DNA from: an uncultured beta proteobacterium
Lineage (GTDB): Bacteria; Pseudomonadota; Gammaproteobacteria; Burkholderiales; Burkholderiaceae_C
Reading direction: 5' to 3'
Length of the DNA: 64,000 nucleotides
Assembly: GCA_963750815.1 (NCBI GenBank)
Contig: CAVVRS010000002.1
Coordinates: 381,442 to 445,441, forward strand
Shown here piece by piece: positions 35,906 through 44,059 of the stretch (position 1 is the first letter of the stretch; the number at the start of each line of letters is the position of its first letter). The position numbers and the translations under genes were made by a program. The notes beneath the pieces are model-generated. The model saw only the letters and a program-made list of their open reading frames with translations. It searched no databases and was not told the origin of the DNA.

Positions 35906-36595
35906 TTAGGTTCTGCGCAACCAGACAATACACCGCTCTGCCCCCAACCCGGGCACCCTCAATTGTTCCACGTGAAACACCTTTATTTCGTCGGGCAAAG
36001 CTGCAATCTCATCCTCAGGACACCTGCCCTTCATGGCCAGCCAGACGCCTGCGCTGGCGATTACCGGCGCGGACCAGCGCGTGAAGTCCGCCAGGGAGGC
36101 AAAAGCACGGGAACTGATGACTGTGTATTTTTCAGTCATGGTCTCCACCCTGGCATGCACTCCCCGCAAATTGGACAGGCCCAGGGTGACTGCCACTTGT
36201 CGGATAAACGCCGCTTTTTTGGACACGGCATCCACACAATCCACCCCAAGTTGCGGACAGCAAATGGCAATCACAACACCCGGCAATCCAGCGCCCGAAC
36301 CAACATCAAGCAGTTGCGCTCTTGAAACCCCTGCATTGGCCACACCATCTCCAGGCGTCAACGAATGTGATTGCAGCGTTGCCAGCACGCGGCGAAGCGG
36401 AGCAATCACCGCCAGACTGTCCAGCAGATGGTGCGTTAGCATCTCGGCCGGATCCCGCACTGCCGTCAGGTTATAAACCCGGGTCCACTTTGCAATGAGA
36501 TCAAGATAATTCAGGAGTTGATCGATTTTGACGTCATTCAGGTCAAGCGCAAGATTGTGCAAGCCCTGGCGCAATTCATGTTCAAGAGCGCGCAT
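35906..36595 (-). CDS. rsmG: 16S rRNA (guanine527-N7)-methyltransferase RsmG
   Basis: IAKWTRVYNLTAVRDPAEMLTHHLLDSL and the SAM motif LLDVGSGAGLPG. Directly follows mnmG. Confidence 0.9.
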   Translation of the reverse strand: MRALEHELRQGLHNLALDLNDVKIDQLLNYLDLIAKWTRVYNLTAVRDPAEMLTHHLLDSLAVIAPLRRVLATLQSHSLTPGDGVANAGVSRAQLLDVGSGAGLPGVVIAICCPQLGVDCVDAVSKKAAFIRQVAVTLGLSNLRGVHARVETMTEKYTVISSRAFASLADFTRWSAPVIASAGVWLAMKGRCPEDEIAALPDEIKVFHVEQLRVPGLGAERCIVWLRRT

Positions 36596-38646
36596 CAGGC
36601 GAGCGTCCTGTTGCCAGAGGCGGTCTTGTTGAGTGTTGCAAAACCCTTGAACCTGCTTTTTTTCAAGTGAATCATCAACAAAGAGATTGTTGCCGGCGTG
36701 ATGCCCGAGATACGGGACGCCTGTCCCAACGTTTCGGGGCGGAGTTGGCTCAACTTCTGCCGCGCCTCAATACTCAAGGCTGTCACCTGCATATAGTCAA
36801 GTTCCATTGGCAACTTGAGGTGTTCAAAATTCGCTGCCCGGTGTACCTCGTCCTTTTGGCGGTCAATATAGCCGGCGTACTTGGCCGCAATTTCCACCTG
36901 CTCAATTACCGTCGCCGCGAAGATGGCCTCATCCGATGGCGCCGCATTGACGTCAGAAATGGCTGCAACCCCGAGTTCCGGACTGACATATTTACCCTCG
37001 TCCAGTGACAGCAGACTCAAATAACTGATGCCCGGTCGGCGCAACAAATCGGCCAGGCTGTGTTCGTGTTCAATCGCCTTGCCCAACACCCGCTCCGACT
37101 CGGCGCCTGCCAGGTTTTTGGGACTGATCCAGATCGAACGCAGACGTTCTGTTTCACGTGAAACAGCCTCCTGCTTGCGGCTGAAAGCGGCCCAACGCAC
37201 ATCATCCACCAACCCGAGCTGTCGCCCGGTTTGCGTCAGCCTCAAGTCGGCATTGTCCTCGCGCAGTTGCAGGCGAAACTCGGCCCGGCTGGTAAACATG
37301 CGGTAGGGTTCGGTCACGCCTTTGGTAATCAGGTCATCCACCAGTACGCCCAGATAGGCTTCGTCCCGACCTGGAACCCAGGTGTCTTTCGGCCAGGTGG
37401 TTTTGGCACCCGCCTGCAGTGCCGCATTGATGCCGGCGAACATGCCTTGAGCCGCAGCCTCTTCATAGCCCGTAGTGCCGTTGATCTGCCCTGCAAAGAA
37501 CAAGCCACCAATCGCCCTGGTTTCGAAACTGCTCTTGAGCTGCTGCGGGTCAAAGTAGTCATATTCAATGGCATAGCCCGGGCGCAGGATGTGCGCGTTC
37601 TCCAGCCCGACCATGCTGCGAACCAGCGCGTACTGAATGTCAAAAGGTAAACTGGTACTGATGCCGTTAGGGTAATACTCGTTCGTCGTCAGGCCTTCGG
37701 GCTCGAGAAAAATCTGGTGGCTGTCTTTGTCGGCAAAGCGGTTGATCTTGTCTTCCACACTGGGGCAATAACGCGGGCCAACGCCTTCAATCCTGCCGGT
37801 GAACATGGGGCTGCGATCAAAGCCGCTACGAATGATGTCATGGGTACGCTCGTTGGTACTCGTTATCCAGCACGACATTTGTTGAGGGTGCTGTTGCGCC
37901 AGTCCCAAGTAACTGAACACCGGCACGTTTGGGCCGCATGGCACGCCGCCAGGCAGGCAGGCCACGCCTTGCGCAATCATTCCGTCGCCCGCTTGCTCAA
38001 CGCACTTGCTGAAGTCAATCGACCGGCCATCCAGTCTCGGCGGTGTGCCGGTTTTCAACCGGCCTTGCGGTAACCGCAACTCTTTCAAGCGCGCCGACAA
38101 TCTCGCCGCTGGCGGGTCACCGGCCCGACCGGCCCCATAGTTGTTCAACCCCACATGGATCTTGCCATCAAGAAAAGTCCCTGCTGTCAGCACGACGGTG
38201 CTGGCGCGAAACCTGATGCCCACTTGGGTAACGGCGCCCACCACCCGATCGCCCTCCACCATCAAGTCTTCGACGGCCTGCTGGAAAAGCCACAAATTGG
38301 GCTGGTTTTCCAGGCGATGCCGGATAGCCGCTTTGTACAGAACCCGGTCCGCTTGCGCGCGCGTGGCACGCACCGCTGGCCCTTTGCTGGAGTTGAGGAT
38401 ACGGAACTGAATGCCTGCCTCATCCGTCGCCATCGCCATGGCGCCACCCATGGCATCCACCTCCTTGACCAAGTGGCCCTTGCCGATACCGCCAATTGAC
38501 GGGTTGCAGCTCATCTGGCCGAGTGTCTCGATGTTGTGACTCAGCAGTAAGGTCCTGCGACCCATGCGCGCTGCTGCCAGGGCAGCCTCGGTTCCAGCGT
38601 GGCCGCCACCAACAACAATGACATCAAAATTCTGTGGGAAAAACAT
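36595..38646 (-). CDS. mnmG: tRNA uridine-5-carboxymethylaminomethyl modification enzyme MnmG (GidA)
   Basis: [23 protein letters not shown]...[26 protein letters not shown]. Confidence 0.95.
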   Translation of the reverse strand: MFFPQNFDVIVVGGGHAGTEAALAAARMGRRTLLLSHNIETLGQMSCNPSIGGIGKGHLVKEVDAMGGAMAMATDEAGIQFRILNSSKGPAVRATRAQADRVLYKAAIRHRLENQPNLWLFQQAVEDLMVEGDRVVGAVTQVGIRFRASTVVLTAGTFLDGKIHVGLNNYGAGRAGDPPAARLSARLKELRLPQGRLKTGTPPRLDGRSIDFSKCVEQAGDGMIAQGVACLPGGVPCGPNVPVFSYLGLAQQHPQQMSCWITSTNERTHDIIRSGFDRSPMFTGRIEGVGPRYCPSVEDKINRFADKDSHQIFLEPEGLTTNEYYPNGISTSLPFDIQYALVRSMVGLENAHILRPGYAIEYDYFDPQQLKSSFETRAIGGLFFAGQINGTTGYEEAAAQGMFAGINAALQAGAKTTWPKDTWVPGRDEAYLGVLVDDLITKGVTEPYRMFTSRAEFRLQLREDNADLRLTQTGRQLGLVDDVRWAAFSRKQEAVSRETERLRSIWISPKNLAGAESERVLGKAIEHEHSLADLLRRPGISYLSLLSLDEGKYVSPELGVAAISDVNAAPSDEAIFAATVIEQVEIAAKYAGYIDRQKDEVHRAANFEHLKLPMELDYMQVTALSIEARQKLSQLRPETLGQASRISGITPATISLLMIHLKKSRFKGFATLNKTASGNRTLA

Positions 38647-38787
38647 AAGGCCTTGGCTTTGGGTAAGAGCTGAGGGTGGAAACTCGTTACGCCGTTTACT
38701 GAGTGGTGAATTTTACCGGGTGACTCAAAATATTGCGGAAAATACCTCCTTTTATTACAAAAAACACCGGGAAGCCTTATAAACAAA

Positions 38788-38813
38788 GCACAAACAGCTA
38801 TATTTTATATAGC
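38788..38813 (-). repeat. Partial copy D of the repeat (hairpin half only)
   Basis: GCACAAACAGCTATATTTTATATAGC. 20 of 26 positions are identical to the corresponding part of copy A. Located in the mnmG upstream intergenic region. Confidence 0.4.
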
Positions 38814-38941
38814 AACACAGGAGTCTCGATGTTTGGAATATGCTCCCTATTTCGGCCCGGTGATTACCCTTAATTGTCGGATTTTGGACAGCTGTACTGC
38901 CAAAGCAGGCTTACCCTTGGCCACAGCAACATTCAGGCGTC

Positions 38942-40402
38942 ATGCCAGACCGCCATTTTCGGGAACTCATGGACACTACTTCAACCTCAACCGCCGATCA
39001 GGTCCGCAGCAAACTTGAGGCCGCCCTCACACTGCAACGCACCGCCTACTTTGCCCGTCCGGTACCGACGCTGGCAGAACGCAGGCATGACCTTTTGAAG
39101 CTGCAGTCATTTATCCGCGACAACCGCGAAGCGCTGGTGGCCGCAGTCAACGCCGACTATGGCAACCGTTCCCGCCACGAAACTCTTTTTACCGAAATTT
39201 TTACCGTGATCGATGGCGTTGATCACGTCCTCAAACACCTGAAAAGGTGGATGAAGCCGCAACGCCGCAGCGTCGATCTGCGCAACTTTTTTGGCGCCAG
39301 CAACCGGGTCATTCCCCAGCCTCTGGGTGTCGTCGGCGCCATCGTGCCCTGGAACTTCCCGATCAACCTCAGCTTTACCGGTCTGATCTATACCTTTGCG
39401 GCGGGTAACCGGGCAATGGTCAAGATGTCCGAAAACTCACGCCACCTGGCCCGGTTGCTTATCGACAAAATCCCTTCCTATTTTCCCGCAGACAAGCTTG
39501 CGTTTTTTGATGAAACCGGCGGTGTCGGACTTGAATTTTCCCAACTCAAATTCGACCATCTGCTGTTCACCGGCTCCGGCCAGACCGGGCGTGCCGTAAT
39601 GACCGCCGCCGCGCAAAATCTGTGTCCGGTAACGCTTGAAATGGGTGGCAAATCGCCCGCCATCATCTGTGACGACTACCCCTTGCAAAAGGCCGCCGAA
39701 CGGCTGCTTTTTGTCAAACTTCTGAACGCCGGGCAAATTTGCACCACTGTTGACCACGTCTATTTACCAAAGGGAAAAGTCACTGCGTTTGTATCCGCGG
39801 CCAGGCAAATTGTTTCTGCCCGTTATCCCCAGTTGGCCTCGGCGGACTACACGTCGATCATCGATGAACGAGCCTTCAATCGACTCACCGCAGCGCTGGA
39901 TGAAGCCCGGACCAACGGCGCCACGCTGGTGCAACTGATCCCCGGCCAGCCGTGGGATGCCACCAGTCGCAAGATCGCGCCGCATATTGTTTTAAATGCC
40001 CGGTCCGACAGTGTCTTGCTCAAGCGGGAAATTTTTGGTCCGATATTGCCGGTCATTGAGTACAGTTCACTGGAAGAACCGATTGCCGCGATTAACAACG
40101 GCCCGCGCCCACTGGCATTTTACCCTTTTAGCAATGACAAACAAGTCATTCAGCACTTGCTGGACCACGTGATGTCGGGCGGTGTAAGTGTCAACGATGC
40201 GCTGTTTCACGTGGGCCAGCACGACCTGCCGTTTGGCGGTGTTGGAGAAAGTGGTATGGGGCATTACCACGGCTATGAAGGATTCGTCACCTTTTCCAAG
40301 ATGCGCCCGGTGTTCTACCAGGCCTCTTTCAGTGCCGTGAAGTTCATGTGGCCCCCTTACGGGAAATTTGCCACCCGGTACCTGAATTTCCTCACCAAAT
40401 AA
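38942..40402 (+). CDS. Aldehyde dehydrogenase family protein (coniferyl-aldehyde dehydrogenase-like)
   Basis: ALDH catalytic region LEMGGKSP and the EIFGPILPV motif. An alternative start at 38969 (MDTTS) is possible. Confidence 0.85.
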   Translation: MPDRHFRELMDTTSTSTADQVRSKLEAALTLQRTAYFARPVPTLAERRHDLLKLQSFIRDNREALVAAVNADYGNRSRHETLFTEIFTVIDGVDHVLKHLKRWMKPQRRSVDLRNFFGASNRVIPQPLGVVGAIVPWNFPINLSFTGLIYTFAAGNRAMVKMSENSRHLARLLIDKIPSYFPADKLAFFDETGGVGLEFSQLKFDHLLFTGSGQTGRAVMTAAAQNLCPVTLEMGGKSPAIICDDYPLQKAAERLLFVKLLNAGQICTTVDHVYLPKGKVTAFVSAARQIVSARYPQLASADYTSIIDERAFNRLTAALDEARTNGATLVQLIPGQPWDATSRKIAPHIVLNARSDSVLLKREIFGPILPVIEYSSLEEPIAAINNGPRPLAFYPFSNDKQVIQHLLDHVMSGGVSVNDALFHVGQHDLPFGGVGESGMGHYHGYEGFVTFSKMRPVFYQASFSAVKFMWPPYGKFATRYLNFLTK

Positions 40403-40424
40403 TTAGTAAATAAGGTAATCCAAA

Positions 40425-42035
40425 ATGCAAGTTCAGGAATTTGATTTCGTGGTGATCGGCGGCGGTGCCGGCGGTTGTGTAGTGGCCAGCCGACTGTCGG
40501 AAGACCCGAAGGTGTCGGTCTGCCTGCTTGAGGCCGGTGGGCCTGACACCTCGGCCTTCATTCAGGCACCGCTGGGTTTTGCCGCCACTGCAGCCCTGGG
40601 TATCCACAACTGGAACTACAACACCGTGCCACAGCCCGGACTCAATGGGCGTCGCGGGTTCCAGCCGCGCGGCAAAGTGATGGGTGGAAGCAGTTCGGTC
40701 AATGCCATGGTTTACACACGCGGCAACCCACTGGATTACGACCATTGGGCCGAGCTGGGCAACCCTGGCTGGTCCTATCAGGATGTATTACCGCTGTTCA
40801 AACGCTCAGAGAACAATGAATGCTTCGGCGCAAATGAGTACCGCGGCGTCGGCGGCCCCCTCAACGTAACTTATTTGCGCAGCCCCAGCGCCATCAACGC
40901 CGCCTTTCTGGAGGCCTGTACCGAGCAAGGCGTGCCCCAAACCAATGACTACAACGGAGCCTCCCAGTTTGGTTGTGCGCCAGCCCAGGTAACACAAAAA
41001 AATGGTGAACGCTGTAGTGCCGCCAAAGCTTACATCACACCGCACCTGGCACGGACCAACCTGACCGTCATCACTCAAGCACACACTCAGCGCGTCGTCC
41101 TGGAAGGCAAGCGTGCCGTTGGTGCCGAGTTCATCAAGGGCGGGCAAACCCGGCAAGTCAATGCCAGGCGAGAAGTAATTTTGTCGAGTGGCGCCTTTGG
41201 CTCGCCGCAATTGCTGATGCTGTCAGGTATCGGTCCGGCGGCCCATTTGCAACAGCATGGCATCAAGGTTGTGCATGACCTGCCAGGCGTCGGTCAGAAC
41301 CTGCACGATCACGTAACCGCCGTTCTGATCTACCGCACACAACGCAAAGAATCCACTTTCGGTCTGTCATGGACCGGACTTGTCAAAATCGTTTCCAGCA
41401 TCTTTGAATGGCGAAAACAGCGCAAAGGCATTATCACCAGCAACGTTGCCGAGTCTCAAGCCTTTCTATTTGCCGAGAAAGCTGAAAAATCCCCCGATAT
41501 CCAGCTCGCACTCTGCACCGGCATTGTGGATGACCATACGCGTAAAAATCATCTGGGTCATGGCTACACATTGCATGTGACACTGATGCGCCCCAAGAGT
41601 CGGGGCAGTGTCACGTTGCAAAGCGCTAACGCCAACGATGCGCCTTTGATCAACCCGAATTTTTTAACTGCCCCACAGGACATGGCCGTCCTCATCAAAG
41701 CAACCCAGATCGGTTACGACATCATGCAGGGTAATGCCTTTGCGCCCTACCGCGGCGACATGCTCTATCCAATCGAGAGAAACAACCCGGCTCAAATCGA
41801 GCAGTTTCTGCGCGACCGTGCCGACACTGAATACCATCCCTGCAGCACCTGCAAAATGGGTCCCGCCAGCGACCCAATGGCTGTCGTGGATTCAAGCCTG
41901 AAAGTCTACGGTGTTCAAAACCTGCGCGTCGTGGATGCCTCCATCATGCCGCAGCTCGTATCGGGCAATACCAATGCTCCTACCATCATGATTGCGGAGA
42001 AGGCAGCCGATATGATCAAAGCCGGGACTGCCTGA
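40425..42035 (+). CDS. GMC-family FAD oxidoreductase (choline/alcohol dehydrogenase-like)
   Basis: FDFVVIGGGAGGCVVASRLSED and GMC signature regions GKVMGGSSSVNAMVYTRG and HPCSTCKMG. Confidence 0.9.
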   Translation: MQVQEFDFVVIGGGAGGCVVASRLSEDPKVSVCLLEAGGPDTSAFIQAPLGFAATAALGIHNWNYNTVPQPGLNGRRGFQPRGKVMGGSSSVNAMVYTRGNPLDYDHWAELGNPGWSYQDVLPLFKRSENNECFGANEYRGVGGPLNVTYLRSPSAINAAFLEACTEQGVPQTNDYNGASQFGCAPAQVTQKNGERCSAAKAYITPHLARTNLTVITQAHTQRVVLEGKRAVGAEFIKGGQTRQVNARREVILSSGAFGSPQLLMLSGIGPAAHLQQHGIKVVHDLPGVGQNLHDHVTAVLIYRTQRKESTFGLSWTGLVKIVSSIFEWRKQRKGIITSNVAESQAFLFAEKAEKSPDIQLALCTGIVDDHTRKNHLGHGYTLHVTLMRPKSRGSVTLQSANANDAPLINPNFLTAPQDMAVLIKATQIGYDIMQGNAFAPYRGDMLYPIERNNPAQIEQFLRDRADTEYHPCSTCKMGPASDPMAVVDSSLKVYGVQNLRVVDASIMPQLVSGNTNAPTIMIAEKAADMIKAGTA

Positions 42036-42076
42036 ACAACAGGCTCTGCTGTTTTCGTAGCTGTAGCATGGCGGCC

Positions 42077-42106
42077 AACTTCGACGTCGAGAAGTCCTTG
42101 TTTTTT
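42077..42106 (+). terminator. Weak intrinsic terminator after the GMC oxidoreductase gene
   Basis: Imperfect hairpin ACTTCGAC/GTCGAGAAGT followed by CCTTGTTTTTT. Confidence 0.4.
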
Positions 42107-42133
42107 GGATCAGTGAGCGCGTAACTTGCCTTG

Positions 42134-42946
42134 TTAAAATTGTGCCGCTTGAGGCGCGCCATCCGGTTTGTGAACGACTGAATCCAGCACCTGGGCCAGC
42201 GCAACAACGGCCTTAGATGCGGGGGCTTCCGGTGCATCCACAAACAGCAGTTGACGTTTTCTCGCAGCGCCACTTACGGCTGGATCAACTGGAATGTGGC
42301 CCAGATACTCAAGCCTCATCGACCTCGGGGTTTGGGTGTTGACAAACTTCTCTACAACTTGCTGCAACTGTTCGGTAAGCTTTTGGCTATCAACTGCGTT
42401 TCTGGCCTGATTGAACACCAGATAGAGCGAAGTTCTCTGCTGCATAAGGGCCAGAATTTTGATCGTTGCATAAGCATCGGCAATCGACGCTGGTTCGGGC
42501 GTGGCGACGACCATCACTTCTTTGGCGAGCGACGCAACATAAAGTACCAAATCTGAAATACCTGCACCGGTGTCGAGCAACAGATAGTCATACTGGTCGC
42601 TCAAGTCATCAATGATCTGGCGCAGCTCGACCTGCACGTCACTGGTAAGTCGGGAATACTCAATCAGGCCCGAGGCTGCGGGCAGAACCCAGAACCCGCC
42701 CGGAGCGGCCAATATGATGTCCTTGATGCGGCATTTCCCGGTTAACGCGTCATGCAGCGTTGCCTTTGGATTGAGGTTCAAGACGATGTCCAGGTTTGCC
42801 AATCCCAGGTCCGTGTCAAGCACCAGCACGCGCCTGCCGCGACGGGCCAGCGCGGCTGCCAGATTGGCGGCGACGAATGTTTTGCCAACACCGCCCTTGC
42901 CACTTGTAATGGCCAATATCCTCGCCGTCGAGTCTGCACTATTCAT
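42134..42946 (-). CDS. MinD/ParA-family P-loop ATPase (FlhG/FleN-like)
   Basis: ILAITSGKGGVGKTFVAANLA carries the deviant Walker A motif. Also DTDLGLANLD and LLLDTGAG. Confidence 0.8.
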   Translation of the reverse strand: MNSADSTARILAITSGKGGVGKTFVAANLAAALARRGRRVLVLDTDLGLANLDIVLNLNPKATLHDALTGKCRIKDIILAAPGGFWVLPAASGLIEYSRLTSDVQVELRQIIDDLSDQYDYLLLDTGAGISDLVLYVASLAKEVMVVATPEPASIADAYATIKILALMQQRTSLYLVFNQARNAVDSQKLTEQLQQVVEKFVNTQTPRSMRLEYLGHIPVDPAVSGAARKRQLLFVDAPEAPASKAVVALAQVLDSVVHKPDGAPQAAQF

Positions 42947-43659
42947 TTGTGTCCTGTCCGAAAGATATCGAGAAGTTGATGTTTTTCATCAACGGACACC
43001 GGCATCGGCACCGGTCGATCCATCGACACGCGGTTGCGGCCCAGCGACTTGGCCCGGTAGAGTTCCTGATCCGCCAACTTCAGGACTTCTTCGGCAACAA
43101 GTTTGTATCCGGTAAAAATGTGGCTGCCCCCAATACTGATGGTGACGTGAATTTTTTTCCCATCTGGCATCGTAATACGGGTCTGCTCAACCTGCTCGCG
43201 TATTCGCTCGGCAACCATGATGCCAACGTCGGGTCGGGAGTTAGGCAAAATCGCAGCAAATTCATCTCCACCATTTCGAGCTATGGTATCCATTGGACGC
43301 ACATTCCTTGCCAATACTTGTGCGACCTCGCGCAGAGCCTGGTCACCCGCCATGTGTCCGTGCGAGTCGTTTATATGTTTGAAGTTGTCAATGTCAATGA
43401 GCAACAGCAACGCAACGCCTCCCGAGCGCAAAACACGATCAATCTCCTGCTCCAGCGCCACCTTGAAATAGCGAGAATTGGCCAACCCGGTCAGCCCGTC
43501 ATGCAACGAAATCTCACACAACAAGTCAATGATGGTCTGCAAATTCGCCATCGACTTAGTTGGCACATCTGAGAAACTTTTTAATGAATCGGAATATCCT
43601 TGCTGGCGCAGCAGTTGAATCGCGGCCTGAAGGTCAAGTTGGCCATCTTCAGAGGTCAT
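42943..43659 (-). CDS. Diguanylate cyclase (GGDEF domain) with a short N-terminal region
   Basis: DGLTGLANSRYF, NGGDEFA, RAKSLGRNRV. 4-nt overlap with the downstream MinD-like gene. Confidence 0.85.
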   Translation of the reverse strand: MTSEDGQLDLQAAIQLLRQQGYSDSLKSFSDVPTKSMANLQTIIDLLCEISLHDGLTGLANSRYFKVALEQEIDRVLRSGGVALLLLIDIDNFKHINDSHGHMAGDQALREVAQVLARNVRPMDTIARNGGDEFAAILPNSRPDVGIMVAERIREQVEQTRITMPDGKKIHVTISIGGSHIFTGYKLVAEEVLKLADQELYRAKSLGRNRVSMDRPVPMPVSVDEKHQLLDIFRTGHK

Positions 43660-43811
43660 AGGGAAGTAATGACGTATTTGGTTTGATTCGGCGTAACCGG
43701 TAAATGGTCGGGTTCAGCACAAGGGTATATCGACCTATTTTCAAGAAAGGTTGAACGTGTCTGTGCGACTTTTCTTGTTTATATTTTTTAACTAAAGTCA
43801 ATTGATAACTC

Positions 43812-43966
43812 TGTGAATAGTTCTTTGATATACGAGTACTTATCCACAGAAAATTTTTATTTTAAAAATTATCCCTGTTGCCGCTACAGCACGGAAGCAC
43901 AGTCACACACATGGCCTGAGCTTCTATAGAGTCTTGATTTTGAGGGCTTTTTTGCGTTTATCCCCA
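43812..43966. promoter_or_regulatory. DnaA-box cluster with an AT-rich core, inside a 382-bp AT-rich intergenic region
   Basis: TGTGAATAG (43812-43820), a perfect TTATCCACA (43840-43848), the AT tract GAAAATTTTTATTTTAAAAATT (43849-43870), and TTATCCCCA (43958-43966). Confidence 0.4.
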
Positions 43967-44037
43967 AAGAGAGGGTTCCCTCTATCTACTACTACTATCT
44001 TTAACTTAGTAAATTAGATGAATAAACGAAACAAAGT

Positions 44038-44059
44038 AAACCTAAAAATTTTTAGGTTT
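44038..44059 (-). terminator. Perfect 22-bp palindrome spanning the copA stop codon; candidate terminator hairpin
   Basis: AAACCTAAAAATTTTTAGGTTT. On the copA strand it is followed by the T-rich ACTTTGTTTCGTTTATT. Confidence 0.4.

Noticed and set aside
37920-38010. An apparent ~17-aa Cys/Gly/Pro-rich extra segment in MnmG ([19 protein letters not shown]) relative to my recollection of E. coli MnmG
   Set aside because: This is probably a lineage-specific loop. Without an alignment to close relatives I cannot say it is unusual, and the DNA there does not resemble the repeat family.
43704-43754. A short ORF (MVGFSTRVYRPIFKKG) inside the AT-rich intergenic region
   Set aside because: It is only 16 codons, has no Shine-Dalgarno and shows no periodicity, so it is indistinguishable from chance.
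43986-44000. Micro-repeat TACTACTACTA (three TAC units)
   Set aside because: Three units are too short to count as a meaningful tandem repeat or a contingency locus.
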